A stretch of DNA of 64,000 nt from Candidatus Norongarragalinales archaeon (GCA_038884755.1 JAWABJ010000001.1:544001-608000), one strand, 5' to 3'. Shown: positions 1 through 10,691, counted from the stretch's first letter. Notes: generated by a model not told the origin, from the letters alone. Numbers and translations: made by a program.

Positions 1-79
1 TGTACTCCCTGGAAAACGGAATTTCGACCATAAGGCAGGAATAAGGAAAAAGGCATAGTTAAAGATTATTGAACTCGCA

Positions 80-571
80 CTATTGGTTTGGGTAGTCTTC
101 GGTTTCGTCGTGCAGGACTTCAAGCAAAACTCCCGCTTTTGCGAAGTACTCGCGAGTGAGCGCGGCCGCGTGGTATTTCTTTTCGGCGACAACGCGCTTT
201 ATTCCCGCGTTGATTATCATTTTCGCGCAGTCCAAGCAAGGCTCCATCTTGCAGTACAACGTAGCTCCTTCTATTGACACGCCGTGGCGAGCCGCCTGCA
301 CTATGGCGTTTTGTTCGGCGTGAGTAGTGCGAACGCAGTGCTGCTTGGCATGCCCGTCTTCATCATAAACCGTCTTCATCAAGTGCCCTGATTCATTGCA
401 ATGCGGCAAACCCATCGGAGCGCCAACGTATCCTGTTGAAAGGATGAACTTGTCTTTAACCAAAACAGCAGCTGCTTTTCCCCGGTCGCACGTCGCGCGC
501 GCAGCTGCAGCGTGCGCTATTTGCATGAAGTACTCATCCCAAGACGGCCTCAAATGTTGAGCTTCAGGCAT
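80..571 (-). CDS. dCMP/cytidine deaminase family protein
   Basis: RPSWDEYFM N-terminus; HAEQNAI and PCLDC zinc-binding deaminase motifs. Confidence 0.92.
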   Translation of the reverse strand: MPEAQHLRPSWDEYFMQIAHAAAARATCDRGKAAAVLVKDKFILSTGYVGAPMGLPHCNESGHLMKTVYDEDGHAKQHCVRTTHAEQNAIVQAARHGVSIEGATLYCKMEPCLDCAKMIINAGIKRVVAEKKYHAAALTREYFAKAGVLLEVLHDETEDYPNQ

Positions 572-1095
572 AGTTTTTCCACCTCTTTTTCTTCTTCTTC
601 AATAGAACCGGACGCGTCTATGGTGTAATCTGCAAGCCGCATGGTTTCGTTCACGCTGAGCTTTTCGCCGCCCGCATTTTCCTTGTTCTCCAACGCGAGA
701 AACTCTTCGAAAGTCTGCGGGTCTTCTTCCCTGCCCCTCGCTTTCATGCGCTCGAAGCGCACTCGCGCAGGCGCGTCTACAGCAACAAGCACAAAGTCCT
801 TTCTTTTCAACAAGGCTTTTGCTTCGGCGGGATTGCGTATTGAAACGACGACGTAATTCCTCCCTTCGGGCGTCATGTGCTCAAGCGCCTTTTCCCCCAA
901 AAAACCCGGCCCTTTCTCGTGGCGCAGCTTGTTGCCCAGCTCAATGAGATTCTCGCGAGTGGGCTCTTTGCCTTGCTTTTCTAATTCCATCCGCAAATAG
1001 TCGGACAGGGAATACCTCTCGAAGCCTTTTGAAACTAAATATGCCGCGGCAGTGTCTTTGCCCGCGCAATTCTGCCCCACCAAGCCGATAATCAC
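550..1095 (-). CDS. P-loop nucleotide kinase (dephospho-CoA kinase/CMP kinase-like AAA family)
   Basis: IIGLVGQNCAGKDT P-loop, SIRNPAE and RFERMKARGRE lid motif; GTG start at 1095 after AGGTG SD. Confidence 0.8.
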   Translation of the reverse strand: MIIGLVGQNCAGKDTAAAYLVSKGFERYSLSDYLRMELEKQGKEPTRENLIELGNKLRHEKGPGFLGEKALEHMTPEGRNYVVVSIRNPAEAKALLKRKDFVLVAVDAPARVRFERMKARGREEDPQTFEEFLALENKENAGGEKLSVNETMRLADYTIDASGSIEEEEKEVEKLCLKLNI

Positions 1096-1219
1096 AAACC
1101 CGCACCTAAACCTTTTTTTGAAAAACAAGAAACCCTTTACCCAATCCGGCTTACAAAATAGGCACTAGGAGGTTTAAAGGCTTTTTTACAGAAAACGAAA
1201 AAACAGCAGGGGGGGAAAC

Positions 1220-1525
1220 TCAACCGAGGTTGAGTTCTATGTTGACGGAAGGAGGAACGCGTATGCGCATGACTTCGCGCAACACCCTATCGTCGGCCTG
1301 GATTTCAATCAAGCGCTTGTGAATGCGCAACTCCCACTTTTCGTACGTGTCGCTTCCATCACCACAGGGAGTCTTTCGGGTGGAAATCTTGAGTTTTTTC
1401 GTGGGCAAAGGAATCGGCCCGCGGAGTTCAACGCCCGCCTTCTGCGCAATGTCGCGTATTTGCGCAGACACTGCATCCAAGTCTTGAAACACTTGGCTTT
1501 CGAGTTTGATTCGGGCTTTGTTCAT
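1220..1525 (-). CDS. rps10: 30S ribosomal protein uS10
   Basis: GPIPLPTK...RKTPCGDGSDTYEKWELRIHKRLI. Confidence 0.98.
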   Translation of the reverse strand: MNKARIKLESQVFQDLDAVSAQIRDIAQKAGVELRGPIPLPTKKLKISTRKTPCGDGSDTYEKWELRIHKRLIEIQADDRVLREVMRIRVPPSVNIELNLG

Positions 1526-1568
1526 GCGAAACCAACTTTTTTTCTAAATGCAAAAAAAAATGAGAACC

Positions 1569-1610
1569 AAAAATCGGGTTCCGGAACGCAACTCAGGAAC
1601 CCGGTTTTTT
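1569..1610 (-). terminator. stem-loop plus T-runs between EF-1A and uS10 (candidate terminator/attenuator)
   Basis: AAAAATCGGGTTCC...GGAACCCGGTTTTT inverted repeat (14 bp, one mismatch), followed on the minus strand by T5 and a longer T-run. Confidence 0.45.
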
Positions 1611-1625
1611 ATTTTCAACGGAAAC

Positions 1626-2894
1626 TCATGCTTTTCTCGGAACCACTTCGAGAATCACTCCTGCCGCCACGGTCTGCCCCATGTCGCGGATTGCAAAACG
1701 CCCCAGTGCTGGAAAGTCGGAATACTTCTCTGCACATACTGGGCGCGTGGGCTTGATTTTGACTATCGCGACGTCGCCGGTCTTGATAAAGTCGGGGTTC
1801 TTCTGCGCTGTTGCTCCAGTCTTCGGGTCTTTCTTCTCGACGATTTCAGTAATCGTGCAAGCCAACTGCGCCGTGTGCAAGTGAAACACTGGAGTGTAAT
1901 TCTTGCCTATCGCAGTGGGGTGGTTCAAAACCACGATTTGAGCGGTGAATTCGTCCACCACGGTGGGCGGGTTGCTGGAAGGTCCAACGACGCTTCCCCT
2001 CTTGATGGCTTTCTTGTCAACGCCCTTCAAAGTAAAGCCTACGTTGTCGCCTGGAATCGCTTGCGCAATCGACTGGTGGTGCATTTCAATGCTCTTGACT
2101 TCGCCCGTAACATTCTCAGGCATGATTATCACGTTTCCGGGCTTGAGAATGCCTGCTTCAACGCGCCCCACGGGCACGGTTCCCTGGCCGGTGATGGTGA
2201 AGACTTCCTGGATGGGCAAGCGCAACGGCTTGTCCGTGGGTTTCTTGGGTTCGATCAAAGCGTCCAAAGCCTCGAGTATGGTCGGACCGGCGTACCAAGT
2301 CATCTTGTCGCTCTTTACTTTGATGTTATCCCCGTTGTAAGCAGAATACGGAACAAACGGTATTTTGTCCACGGGATAGCCCATGGGTTTGAGCTTGGCG
2401 ACTAAAGCCTGCTTAGTTTCCTCGTACTTGACGCGGTCGTAGTTGACGGCATCCATCTTATTGATGCCGATTATGAACTGCTGCACCCCAAGCACTTTGA
2501 GAAGGAAAGCGTGTTCGATAGTCTGCGCTTGAATGCCTTCCTTCGCGGAGCATACGAGAACTGCAGCATCCGCCTGCGAAGCGCCGGTAATCATGTTTTT
2601 CACAAAGTCTTTGTGTCCAGGAGCGTCGATTATCGTAAAGTAATACTTCTGGGTGTGAAAGTCCTTGTGCGCGATGTCAATCGTAACTCCACGCTCGCGC
2701 TCTTCCTTCAGCTGGTCCATTACGAAAGCAAACTCAAACGTTGGTTTGCCGGCTTTCGCAGCCTCTTCCTTAAGCTTGCGCAAGTCGTTTTCGCTGACCG
2801 CGCCGGTCTCGTAAAGCAAGCGCCCGACGGTGGTGGATTTTCCGTGGTCTACATGCCCCGTAAAAATCAAGTTCAAGTGCGGTTTTTCTGCCAT
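1626..2894 (-). CDS. tuf: translation elongation factor EF-1 alpha
   Basis: GHVDHGKST, ERERGVTID, DAPGHKDF, NKMD, LGRFAIRDMG; ATG 2894 after GGAGG SD. Confidence 0.99.
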   Translation of the reverse strand: MAEKPHLNLIFTGHVDHGKSTTVGRLLYETGAVSENDLRKLKEEAAKAGKPTFEFAFVMDQLKEERERGVTIDIAHKDFHTQKYYFTIIDAPGHKDFVKNMITGASQADAAVLVCSAKEGIQAQTIEHAFLLKVLGVQQFIIGINKMDAVNYDRVKYEETKQALVAKLKPMGYPVDKIPFVPYSAYNGDNIKVKSDKMTWYAGPTILEALDALIEPKKPTDKPLRLPIQEVFTITGQGTVPVGRVEAGILKPGNVIIMPENVTGEVKSIEMHHQSIAQAIPGDNVGFTLKGVDKKAIKRGSVVGPSSNPPTVVDEFTAQIVVLNHPTAIGKNYTPVFHLHTAQLACTITEIVEKKDPKTGATAQKNPDFIKTGDVAIVKIKPTRPVCAEKYSDFPALGRFAIRDMGQTVAAGVILEVVPRKA

Positions 2895-3081
2895 TATACA
2901 TCCCTCCAACTAACAAAACTTTTGAACGCTTTTTTTCTTCCCTAACCCACATTTCGAATTGAATAAAGGCGTTTAACGCCTGAAAATCCAACGCTCAGAA
3001 TCAGCCATGTTGAGCCTATCGGCCAATGAAGAATTAATGCCGGGGGTATTTAAAAAACCTTTCGTCTGGAAACCAGGAGAT

Positions 3082-3558
3082 TCAAGCGACTTCAGTGCCG
3101 AAATAGTCGTTCAAAAACTTCGCGCTGCCCTCCCGGTCCTTGAGGTTTTTCCTCGGGTATTTCACCACCCAAGGCTGGGCTGAAATGTCTTCCAACTGAT
3201 AGGAAACGGTTTGAACTTTCGCCGGGTCCAAGACCGTATGCTGCTGTCTTTTTATGAACTCCCTGAATTCGCTAGCGTCGACAAGCAAAAGGTGGGTTTT
3301 CGTAACTATCAACAGGTGGTGGGCGGCAGCATTATGCCAAACGCCAGTCCCCGCTTTCCAAGGGTATTTAGACTTTATTTTAAACGTGATTTGCCCGCTT
3401 TCGCCGTAATGCGCCTTGACTTCCAAGCGCTTTTGGTTGGGAAGCAGGAAGTCGTACCCCATCCCGTCCACGTGCTTGGCTTTCGGAAGAATTCTAGAAA
3501 CTAACTTCTCCCCGCGCTCGCCAGTAGAACTGATCCTGTTCCTTCGCTCAAAAACCAT
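3082..3558 (-). CDS. putative PD-(D/E)xK endonuclease-fold protein
   Basis: GERGEKLV...GYDF...LEVKA pattern; start 3558 or 3570. Confidence 0.55.
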   Translation of the reverse strand: MVFERRNRISSTGERGEKLVSRILPKAKHVDGMGYDFLLPNQKRLEVKAHYGESGQITFKIKSKYPWKAGTGVWHNAAAHHLLIVTKTHLLLVDASEFREFIKRQQHTVLDPAKVQTVSYQLEDISAQPWVVKYPRKNLKDREGSAKFLNDYFGTEVA

Positions 3559-3634
3559 GAAAACCCCCAAAAGAAATTATGATGGCTAGATTTTAAAAGC
3601 AACGAAGAGAAAAATAGTTCTTGGCAAAAAAGCT

Positions 3635-4549
3635 ATGGTGGGCTGTTTGAAGCAACTGCTCTATTCGTTGGACCCCGAGAATTTCGGCGGACTGCAAGAA
3701 AAATACTCAGACTACAAGACAAGCAAAATCGTGGTCGTGCCCATTCCCTTCGATTCCACAGCCTGCTCTTCGCCAGGCCAGCGCTTCGGGCCCGAATCGA
3801 TAATAAGCGCCAGCGCCGGACTCGAGCTTTACGACGAAGAAATCGACTTTGAAGTTTACAAGGAAGGCATTTGCACTACCGAGCATATGGAGCCGGTGCG
3901 CGGAAACGTGGAAGAAAACAACCTGCGCATCAAGAAATCGCTCGAGGAATTACTGAACGACGGGAAGTTTGTCGTAGCGTTGGGCGGAGACCACAGCATC
4001 ACGTACGGCGTTTTGAGTGCGTTTAACGAAAAACAAAGCCTCAAGCCTTTTTCCGTACTGCAGTTGGACGCGCACGCGGATGTTGCTACGGATGCCGAAG
4101 GCTCGAAATACACGCACGCTTGCGTAATGCGCCGAGCGAGAGAAGAGTTTACCGACAACATAGTACAAGTGGGATTGAGAAGCGTTTCAAAGGAAGAAAT
4201 AGAGTACAACAAGGGAAACGTTTTCCTTGCAATCGATTTGCGCAAGAACTTCGAAGCAAAAATCCCGGAAATCGTTTCGCGCATCAAATACGACAACGTT
4301 TATGTCACGTTTGATGTTGACGCGCTAGACCCTAGCGAAATGCCTTCGACAGGAACGCCCGAGCCGGGGGGACTGCATTACTACGACGTTCTCGCGCTCT
4401 TGCGTGCCGTGTGCGAAAAAAAGAACGTGATAGGGTTCGACTGCGTGGAATTAATGCCCATTCCGGGCAACGACGCGCCGAACGCCGTTGCGGCAAAAAT
4501 AGTCTACAAGCTCTTGGGCTACAAGTTCAAATTCATGCGTCAACGATAA
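3635..4549 (+). CDS. speB: agmatinase (ureohydrolase family)
   Basis: GGDHSIT, DAHAD, FDVDALDPS, TGTPEPGG motifs. Confidence 0.93.
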   Translation: MVGCLKQLLYSLDPENFGGLQEKYSDYKTSKIVVVPIPFDSTACSSPGQRFGPESIISASAGLELYDEEIDFEVYKEGICTTEHMEPVRGNVEENNLRIKKSLEELLNDGKFVVALGGDHSITYGVLSAFNEKQSLKPFSVLQLDAHADVATDAEGSKYTHACVMRRAREEFTDNIVQVGLRSVSKEEIEYNKGNVFLAIDLRKNFEAKIPEIVSRIKYDNVYVTFDVDALDPSEMPSTGTPEPGGLHYYDVLALLRAVCEKKNVIGFDCVELMPIPGNDAPNAVAAKIVYKLLGYKFKFMRQR

Positions 4550-4910
4550 CCTTGAAACCGCCGTAAACCATTCGCTTCATATCAAAAGGCATTTCCATAT
4601 CCTTGTTCTTCGGGTCGTTCATCGCCGGGTCTTTCATTACCTTTGCATTGACGGCATCCCGATGGGCGCGGGATTTGTAAACTATGAAAGAAAAAACAAC
4701 GGTCTCGTTGGGTTTGGCTTTAACCGTGTTTGGAAAACGAATCGAAGGGTGAAACCCTTTCATTTTTGGGAACAAATCGTCTGCCACGCATTCCTTGTAG
4801 TCCAGCGCTCCGTGCTTCCTCCACATTTTTGCGCCCATGCGGGCCATCGCCTTGTAAGCTTTAATTTTTTTCTTTGGAACTGGAAGGACATACCCGTCAA
4901 CGTACACCAT
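4533..4910 (-). CDS. DUF1428 family protein
   Basis: YVDGYVLPVP...HGALDYKECVADD...RDAVNAKVMKDP...MPFDMKRMVYGGF. Confidence 0.9.
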   Translation of the reverse strand: MVYVDGYVLPVPKKKIKAYKAMARMGAKMWRKHGALDYKECVADDLFPKMKGFHPSIRFPNTVKAKPNETVVFSFIVYKSRAHRDAVNAKVMKDPAMNDPKNKDMEMPFDMKRMVYGGFKVIVDA

Positions 4911-4973
4911 TCAAACCCACCTCTAGAGGTTGATTAAACCGAAATTCATAAGATTGAGCAAGCGTGCGCCTTC

Positions 4974-7160
4974 TCAATCCAAAAAGTCTTTCGCAGTAGG
5001 AGCAACTTCAGGCTCGCCCTTGCGCTTGCGAATGCTTGCGATGGTGGAAGCTTGCAACCCAGAAGGCACGGGCTCGTAGCCTGCGTACTCGTAATACCAA
5101 GACGCGCGTCCTTGCGAAGCGCCGCGGATTTCGTTGGCGAACCCGAACATGCTCGAAACCGGAACTTTTGCTTCTATGCTCACGAGTTCGCCTTCCTGCT
5201 TTATTTCTGAAACCTGTCCCCTGCGGGACTGGATTTGCGAGATTATTCCGCTCATGTAATCCGTCGGCGAGGACACGAACAGCTTTTGCTTTGGTTCGAG
5301 AAGGACTGCTTTAGCGTAAAGCATTCCCGCGTAAATCGGGCGCTTGACTGCGGGGATTATTTGCGACGGGCCGCGGTGGGCGGGGTCCACGTGGATTGCC
5401 GCGTCGGTGAGGAGTACTTTCACTCCAGTACATTTTTCCTTCGCCAAAGGCCCCTGGTTCATCGCTTCTTCGAAAGCGTCTATCAAAAGCTCTTTGATGT
5501 CCTGCAAATACTGGACTCCTTTCGTTACGTCGATGAAAATGTTGTCTTCGTGCAAGGCCATCACGTTTTTCGCCTCGTCTCGGGCTAGGCCGGCTTTGAT
5601 CAACCGTTCCACAAGGTCTTTTCCTTTCATCTTGTCGTTGATTTCGCCTTCGTGCATCGCTTTCACGACGCTTTCTTCCAAAGGCTCTACTATGAGCTTG
5701 AACTTGTTGTGCTTGTTCGGGCTTTTGCCTTCTAGCTCGGGCCCTTTGCCCTGGATTGTCTCGTGGTATACGACTATGGGCGGGGAAGTCTGGATTTCCA
5801 CCTTGCGTTCGTTCTGGATTTTGTATTCCACGATTTCCAAATGCAGTTCTCCCATTCCCGAAATCAAGTGTTCGCCCGTCTCCTGGTTGATCTCGACTTT
5901 CAAAGTCGGGTCTTCCTTGCCTATCTTGCGCAACGCTTCAATCAAGCGCACCAAGTCGCGCGGGTTCTTTGCCTCGACGCTCTTCGTTACGACAGGCTCG
6001 GAGTGGTGCTTGATTTGTTCGAACGGCACCATTTCTCCTTCGCTTAGAGTTTCGCCGGCGTACATTTCCTTCAAACCGATGAGCGCGACTATGTTGCCGG
6101 GCGTGGCTTCGTCCACGAGCACGCGGTCTGGACCCATGTAGACTGCGACGCTCTGCACTTTTTCTTTCTTGAATTGCGAGGCAGAGTACAGTTCCGTGCC
6201 TTTCCTGACAGTTCCAGAATACAAACGGCCGACAGCCACGTCGCCAGCATGCTCGTCAACCGCTATTGCAGTAACCATGAACGACACTCTGCCGGTCGGG
6301 TCGCAGTTCAACATGGACTTGCCGTGTTCGGTGTTTTGGTCGCCCTTCCATATTACTGGAATGCGGTAAGCTTGCGCTTTCTTTGGTGAAGGCAATTGGT
6401 TGACTGCCATTTCGAGGATGACTTCGTCCAACGGCGCCTTCTGCTGCAGCCACGCGTGGTCTTCCTTCGCGCAATACTCGTAAATCTGCTGGAAGTTAAT
6501 GCCGAAGTTTTTCATGGTCGTATAAGAAATCGCCCACTTGTTGAAACCCGTGCCGAAAGCCACGTTTCCCTTGTCCACCGCAATCGTCCAGTCTTTCTTG
6601 AACTCTTCAGGCCCGTACATTTCAATGAGCTTGTTGACTGCCGCGATTATTTTCACGAACCGTTCCTGCATCTGCTGGGCGTTCATTTTCAATTCGTTGA
6701 TAAGCCGGTCTATCTTGTTTACGAACAAAACCGGGCGAACTTTCTCCTTCAACGCTTGCCTCAGCACGGTTTCAGTCTGCGGCATCACGCCTTCAACGCT
6801 GTCCACCACGAGCACCACTCCGTCAACCGCACGCATCGCGCGGGTCACGTGCCCTCCGAAGTCAACGTGACCCGGAGTGTCTATCAAGTTAATGAGGTAC
6901 TCGTCTCCTTTGTAGGTGAATCCGAGGGAAATGTTGGCTGCCTTGATGGTGATTCCCCGCGCCTGCTCTTGCGGGTCGTAGTCTAACACGCGCTGCTCTC
7001 CGGCAAGCTCTTTCGAAATCAAACCCGCCCTCGCCACCAGAGAGTCGGACAGCGTGGTCTTGCCGTGGTCTACGTGCGCAACTATGCCCATGTTGCGAAT
7101 GCGCTCTGGGTTTTTCATGAGGCGCACTACGTCTTCGACAACGACTTCTTTTCTTGCCAT
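4974..7160 (-). CDS. fusA: translation elongation factor EF-2
   Basis: AHVDHGKTT, RGITI, DTPGHVDF, NKID, GMGELHLE, diphthamide-site HRG motif. Confidence 0.99.
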   Translation of the reverse strand: MARKEVVVEDVVRLMKNPERIRNMGIVAHVDHGKTTLSDSLVARAGLISKELAGEQRVLDYDPQEQARGITIKAANISLGFTYKGDEYLINLIDTPGHVDFGGHVTRAMRAVDGVVLVVDSVEGVMPQTETVLRQALKEKVRPVLFVNKIDRLINELKMNAQQMQERFVKIIAAVNKLIEMYGPEEFKKDWTIAVDKGNVAFGTGFNKWAISYTTMKNFGINFQQIYEYCAKEDHAWLQQKAPLDEVILEMAVNQLPSPKKAQAYRIPVIWKGDQNTEHGKSMLNCDPTGRVSFMVTAIAVDEHAGDVAVGRLYSGTVRKGTELYSASQFKKEKVQSVAVYMGPDRVLVDEATPGNIVALIGLKEMYAGETLSEGEMVPFEQIKHHSEPVVTKSVEAKNPRDLVRLIEALRKIGKEDPTLKVEINQETGEHLISGMGELHLEIVEYKIQNERKVEIQTSPPIVVYHETIQGKGPELEGKSPNKHNKFKLIVEPLEESVVKAMHEGEINDKMKGKDLVERLIKAGLARDEAKNVMALHEDNIFIDVTKGVQYLQDIKELLIDAFEEAMNQGPLAKEKCTGVKVLLTDAAIHVDPAHRGPSQIIPAVKRPIYAGMLYAKAVLLEPKQKLFVSSPTDYMSGIISQIQSRRGQVSEIKQEGELVSIEAKVPVSSMFGFANEIRGASQGRASWYYEYAGYEPVPSGLQASTIASIRKRKGEPEVAPTAKDFLD

Positions 7161-7205
7161 AAGTCAATCAAATCCTTTAGCGGCACAAATATTGAGAAGG
7201 CGGAT

Positions 7206-7811
7206 TTACCTCGCGCTTCTCGCTACGCGCTCCATTTCGTTCTTTCTTTTCACGGAATACGAATTGGCGTCGTTTTGCGAAGCGAGAATCAATTCGTTTG
7301 CCAGCGCGTCGGCCATGGTGGTCTTGTTGTTGAACGCGCTCATTATGGTTGCGAGCGCGAGGTTCCTCAACGCCAGGTCGAGCCTCCGTTGTGGGGAGAG
7401 GTCGACTGCAATCTGGTATGAAACCCCTCCGAAGCGCACGCGCGTCACTTCTTCGCGGGGAGCCGAATGCTCTACGGCATCAACCAACGCTTGAATGGGA
7501 TTTTTCTTCGTCCTTAATTCCACGGCTGCGAAAGCCGTCTCCACGAACTTCAAAACAGTTGTTTTCTTTCCTTGCAGTTTGCCGTGCGTGCGGATTATCC
7601 TTCCGCCGAGCTTTTCGCCTGTGCCGCCGCGCATGAGCTTGTTCACCAACCGCTCTACCAGGTTGACCTGAGCTTTCGCGAACTGCTTGTTTGCGTGGCG
7701 CGCGAAACTGTGCGGGACGACCATGGGCTTGAGCGAAATGTACTTCGCCAGGCCGGGGTCGTGAACCGCAACGCCTTCGTAATCGTATTTCCCAAAAAGC
7801 TTTTGCTGCAT
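7206..7811 (-). CDS. rps7: 30S ribosomal protein uS7
   Basis: NPIQALVDA, PREE, AVDLSPQRRLD, KNEMERVARSAR. Confidence 0.98.
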   Translation of the reverse strand: MQQKLFGKYDYEGVAVHDPGLAKYISLKPMVVPHSFARHANKQFAKAQVNLVERLVNKLMRGGTGEKLGGRIIRTHGKLQGKKTTVLKFVETAFAAVELRTKKNPIQALVDAVEHSAPREEVTRVRFGGVSYQIAVDLSPQRRLDLALRNLALATIMSAFNNKTTMADALANELILASQNDANSYSVKRKNEMERVARSAR

Positions 7812-7828
7812 AAGTCCATCACACACCC

Positions 7829-8257
7829 TTATCTCTTAGGCTTCTCCTTCTTTCCGGTGCGCAATTCGCTTAGCGCAACGCCGTTCACCGCGACGACGCG
7901 GTAGCGGACTCCCGGAATAGAGCCCATCTGCCCGCGTTGCGAGCCTCCGAGCCCCTCTATCGTCACTTCATCGTGCTCGTCTATGAACGTTATCGCCTTG
8001 TCGCGCGGAGCGTGCGCGGAAACCTTCTTGCCGTTCTTGGTCAACTGCACTTTCACGCACTTGATGATTCCAGAGTGCGGCTGTTTTTGCTCTTTCCCTT
8101 CCTTCTTCAGCACTATGCCCGTCGCCTGCGGCGCGCCTTCAAGAGGGTCGTACTTGAACTTCAGCCCCAAAGCTTTCCTCTTCCAGGTTTTCTTGAGCCA
8201 ACGGTGTTTTTTCCTCTTTCTTTCCAAAATCCTTCCAGCGAATTCTCCCCTTGCCAT
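7829..8257 (-). CDS. rps12: 30S ribosomal protein uS12
   Basis: [42 protein letters not shown]. Confidence 0.98.
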   Translation of the reverse strand: MARGEFAGRILERKRKKHRWLKKTWKRKALGLKFKYDPLEGAPQATGIVLKKEGKEQKQPHSGIIKCVKVQLTKNGKKVSAHAPRDKAITFIDEHDEVTIEGLGGSQRGQMGSIPGVRYRVVAVNGVALSELRTGKKEKPKR

Positions 8258-8289
8258 AAACATATCACCATGCTGCATGAACGCAAAAA

Positions 8290-8700
8290 TCACGTTACTT
8301 TCAATTCAACTACTCCGAAATGCCTTTTCGCCAATTCCCTCGCGCGGTTGATTCTGCTTCCACCCCTTCCTATCGCCAGCCCCTTGTTCTGCGCTTCAAC
8401 GCGCAGCAGCACGCTCTGCCCCGCGTTGTTCACCTGCACGTGCTCGAGCTTCGCGGGCTTGAAGAGGTTTCTCAAAAAACCTTCGAGGTTGTCGGCGAAT
8501 TCTACCAGCTCTACTCTCCTTCCCATCGCCCTTTCGAGGCGCGCGAGGGTCGAACCGTTTTTTCCAATCGCCTTTCCCAAATCACCGCTTTTTACTACAA
8601 ACACGACCGAATCTTCGTTCAACAGCGCGTCGAACGCCTGCACCGAACTCAGCTGTTCGAACAACGAAATCAGCTGTAGTTGTTCGCTTGAAATCTTCAC
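8290..8700 (-). CDS. nusA: archaeal NusA (two KH domains)
   Basis: AIGKNG and AIGRGG KH GxxG motifs; position between eL30 and uS12; GTG start. Confidence 0.93.
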   Translation of the reverse strand: MKISSEQLQLISLFEQLSSVQAFDALLNEDSVVFVVKSGDLGKAIGKNGSTLARLERAMGRRVELVEFADNLEGFLRNLFKPAKLEHVQVNNAGQSVLLRVEAQNKGLAIGRGGSRINRARELAKRHFGVVELKVT

Positions 8701-8713
8701 GTTGCACCCTCGC

Positions 8714-9010
8714 TCATTTTCCGGGATTGAACTTGAGAATGTCCGAATTCCCCTCTTCAATCACGCTCAAGGCGCTTACGGAAAAAGGCTTTCCGCAAAC
8801 CGCGCCCAACTCTACGCCGTTCCCTTCGAAATCAACGACGGCCACTTTCGAGGCTCTGGCATACTGCCTTATTTCCCCTGCAGCAGGGCAGTTTTTGGCC
8901 AAAACGATTGCTTTCGCCCCTCCGGTGAGGGAAAGCTTCAACGCTTTTTGCAAGCCAATTTCCACTTTTCCCGAATCAACCGCAAGGCGGATTGACTGTC
9001 CAACGTCCAT
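8714..9010 (-). CDS. rpl30e: 50S ribosomal protein eL30
   Basis: AVDSGKVEIG...AKNCP...ELGAVCGKPF...GNSDIL. Confidence 0.96.
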   Translation of the reverse strand: MDVGQSIRLAVDSGKVEIGLQKALKLSLTGGAKAIVLAKNCPAAGEIRQYARASKVAVVDFEGNGVELGAVCGKPFSVSALSVIEEGNSDILKFNPGK

Positions 9011-9164
9011 TCTGTAAAACCCTTTTTTTCTTCTTTTGACTAGCTATTAAAACCGGCTAATTCGTCAAAGCGACTAAGCGGTTCTCAATCCTTTGCAGGA
9101 TTACTCCCCGTATAAAAACGAGTTTTGCTGAGAATAATAAAATGCCGGGCGTTGTTTAAAAACC

Positions 9165-10604
9165 TTACATTCTTACTATGGTTTTCAACTGCGGGTACAA
9201 GTCGAACAATTGTTGTTTAGCCAAGTCTTCGTAAAAGCGGTAGAGAATTCCCACGGTAAGCAATATGCCCGTTCCAGTTCCCAACGCGCCCGTAATGTCG
9301 GCAAACCACGCCAAAACCCCGACGAACAAACTGCCTAACACGGTTATGATTGGAATGTACCTTTCAAGGATTTTTTCGGTGATGCGAGGGTCTTGCCTGA
9401 AACCGGGAATCTGGAGTCCAGCGCGCTGCAACTGCGCCGCCACGTTGGTCGCGCTCATTCCCGTGCTTTCAATCCAGAACCACCCGAACACTACGCACAA
9501 AAGCACGAGCGCGATGCCGTAAGCAAAAATGTGCATGATTTCCCGCGGTTGTGCTAAGAACTGTAGGTACGCGGGATAACCGCCTGGGAAAAGCAAAGGC
9601 GAAGGCAACGCGGTTATGAAGTACGCGAAGCCGTCTACAGGCTGGTTGTTCTGGAACGTTCCAAGCGGGCCTACTTTGATTCCGGGGGAATCCGCAATGG
9701 GCGTGGCAGTAAACGCGCCTATCAACTGGAAATTAAGTAAAATAGCGCTTGCCAGGATGACGGGAATATTGGAAACGTACATGAATTTTATGGGGTATTT
9801 TGCCCCCAAGCCGCGAGCACGGCCGTAAGCCAAAGGCAATTCTATTTTCATTCCCTCAACGTACACTACCACCACGAAAACCAAGGCAGTAAATAATATG
9901 GGAATCAACGCCCAGAACGAACTCAAAACCTCGCCTTTGAACAGGTAGTAAACCGCTTGCGGAATCAAGCCTCCAGGAATTCCGGTCGCGTCCGACGTGA
10001 AGTTGAACGCGCCGAGGAAAACCGCTTGCGAAACTCCCGCAGCTATGAACAGCGATATTCCCGAGCCTATCCCGAACTTTTGCACGACTTCGTCTAGATA
10101 GAGGAGTATGATGGAGCCTACGGCCAACTGCAGTATCACTATTATTTGCGTCAGGAACAGGCTTCCCAACAGCGCGGGAAATTGCGATGCAGACGAGCCT
10201 ACGGGAGTGATGTAATTGGATAAAACGTATATTGCGGCTTCGAAAAACGCCAGGAGTATCGCGAGGAGCTTTTGCACGCCTTGAAAGCGCTTCTTTCCTT
10301 CAGTAGAGTTCAAGTCGAACGAAAGCAGTTTCGAGCCTACGGCCAACTGCAGGAATATCGACGCCAAAACTATGGGTCCTATTCCGGTGGTGATGAGCGA
10401 GCCGGTCCTGCTTCCCAAAAGAATGTCCAAGCGCTCGAACTGCTGTATGCGTGTCGGGTCTACGCCGATGGGGTATATCGTTCCCATTACGTAGAACAAA
10501 ACGAGGACTACGCCGGTCCACAACAGTTTTTGCTTGAGTGAAAGCGGGCCTTCCGGCGGCTTCACTTCAGGAAGCACGGAAATTATCGAATCCAAAACGC
10601 CCAT
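9165..10604 (-). CDS. secY: preprotein translocase SecY/Sec61 alpha
   Basis: Multi-TM; GIGPIV, GIGSGISLFIAAGV, YPIKFMYVSNIP, QIPGFR, GTGTGILL. Confidence 0.98.
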   Translation of the reverse strand: MGVLDSIISVLPEVKPPEGPLSLKQKLLWTGVVLVLFYVMGTIYPIGVDPTRIQQFERLDILLGSRTGSLITTGIGPIVLASIFLQLAVGSKLLSFDLNSTEGKKRFQGVQKLLAILLAFFEAAIYVLSNYITPVGSSASQFPALLGSLFLTQIIVILQLAVGSIILLYLDEVVQKFGIGSGISLFIAAGVSQAVFLGAFNFTSDATGIPGGLIPQAVYYLFKGEVLSSFWALIPILFTALVFVVVVYVEGMKIELPLAYGRARGLGAKYPIKFMYVSNIPVILASAILLNFQLIGAFTATPIADSPGIKVGPLGTFQNNQPVDGFAYFITALPSPLLFPGGYPAYLQFLAQPREIMHIFAYGIALVLLCVVFGWFWIESTGMSATNVAAQLQRAGLQIPGFRQDPRITEKILERYIPIITVLGSLFVGVLAWFADITGALGTGTGILLTVGILYRFYEDLAKQQLFDLYPQLKTIVRM

Positions 10605-10691
10605 TTTCCTCACAAGAGTTTTTTGCCGTATTTTTCAAGCAAGAATTCAGGGAAAGAATATTAACCTTGTTTTTCGCTCGGCGTATTGGAA

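Noticed and set aside
1..31. Start of a minus-strand gene leaving the window (MVEIPFSREY)
   Set aside because: Too short to support a call
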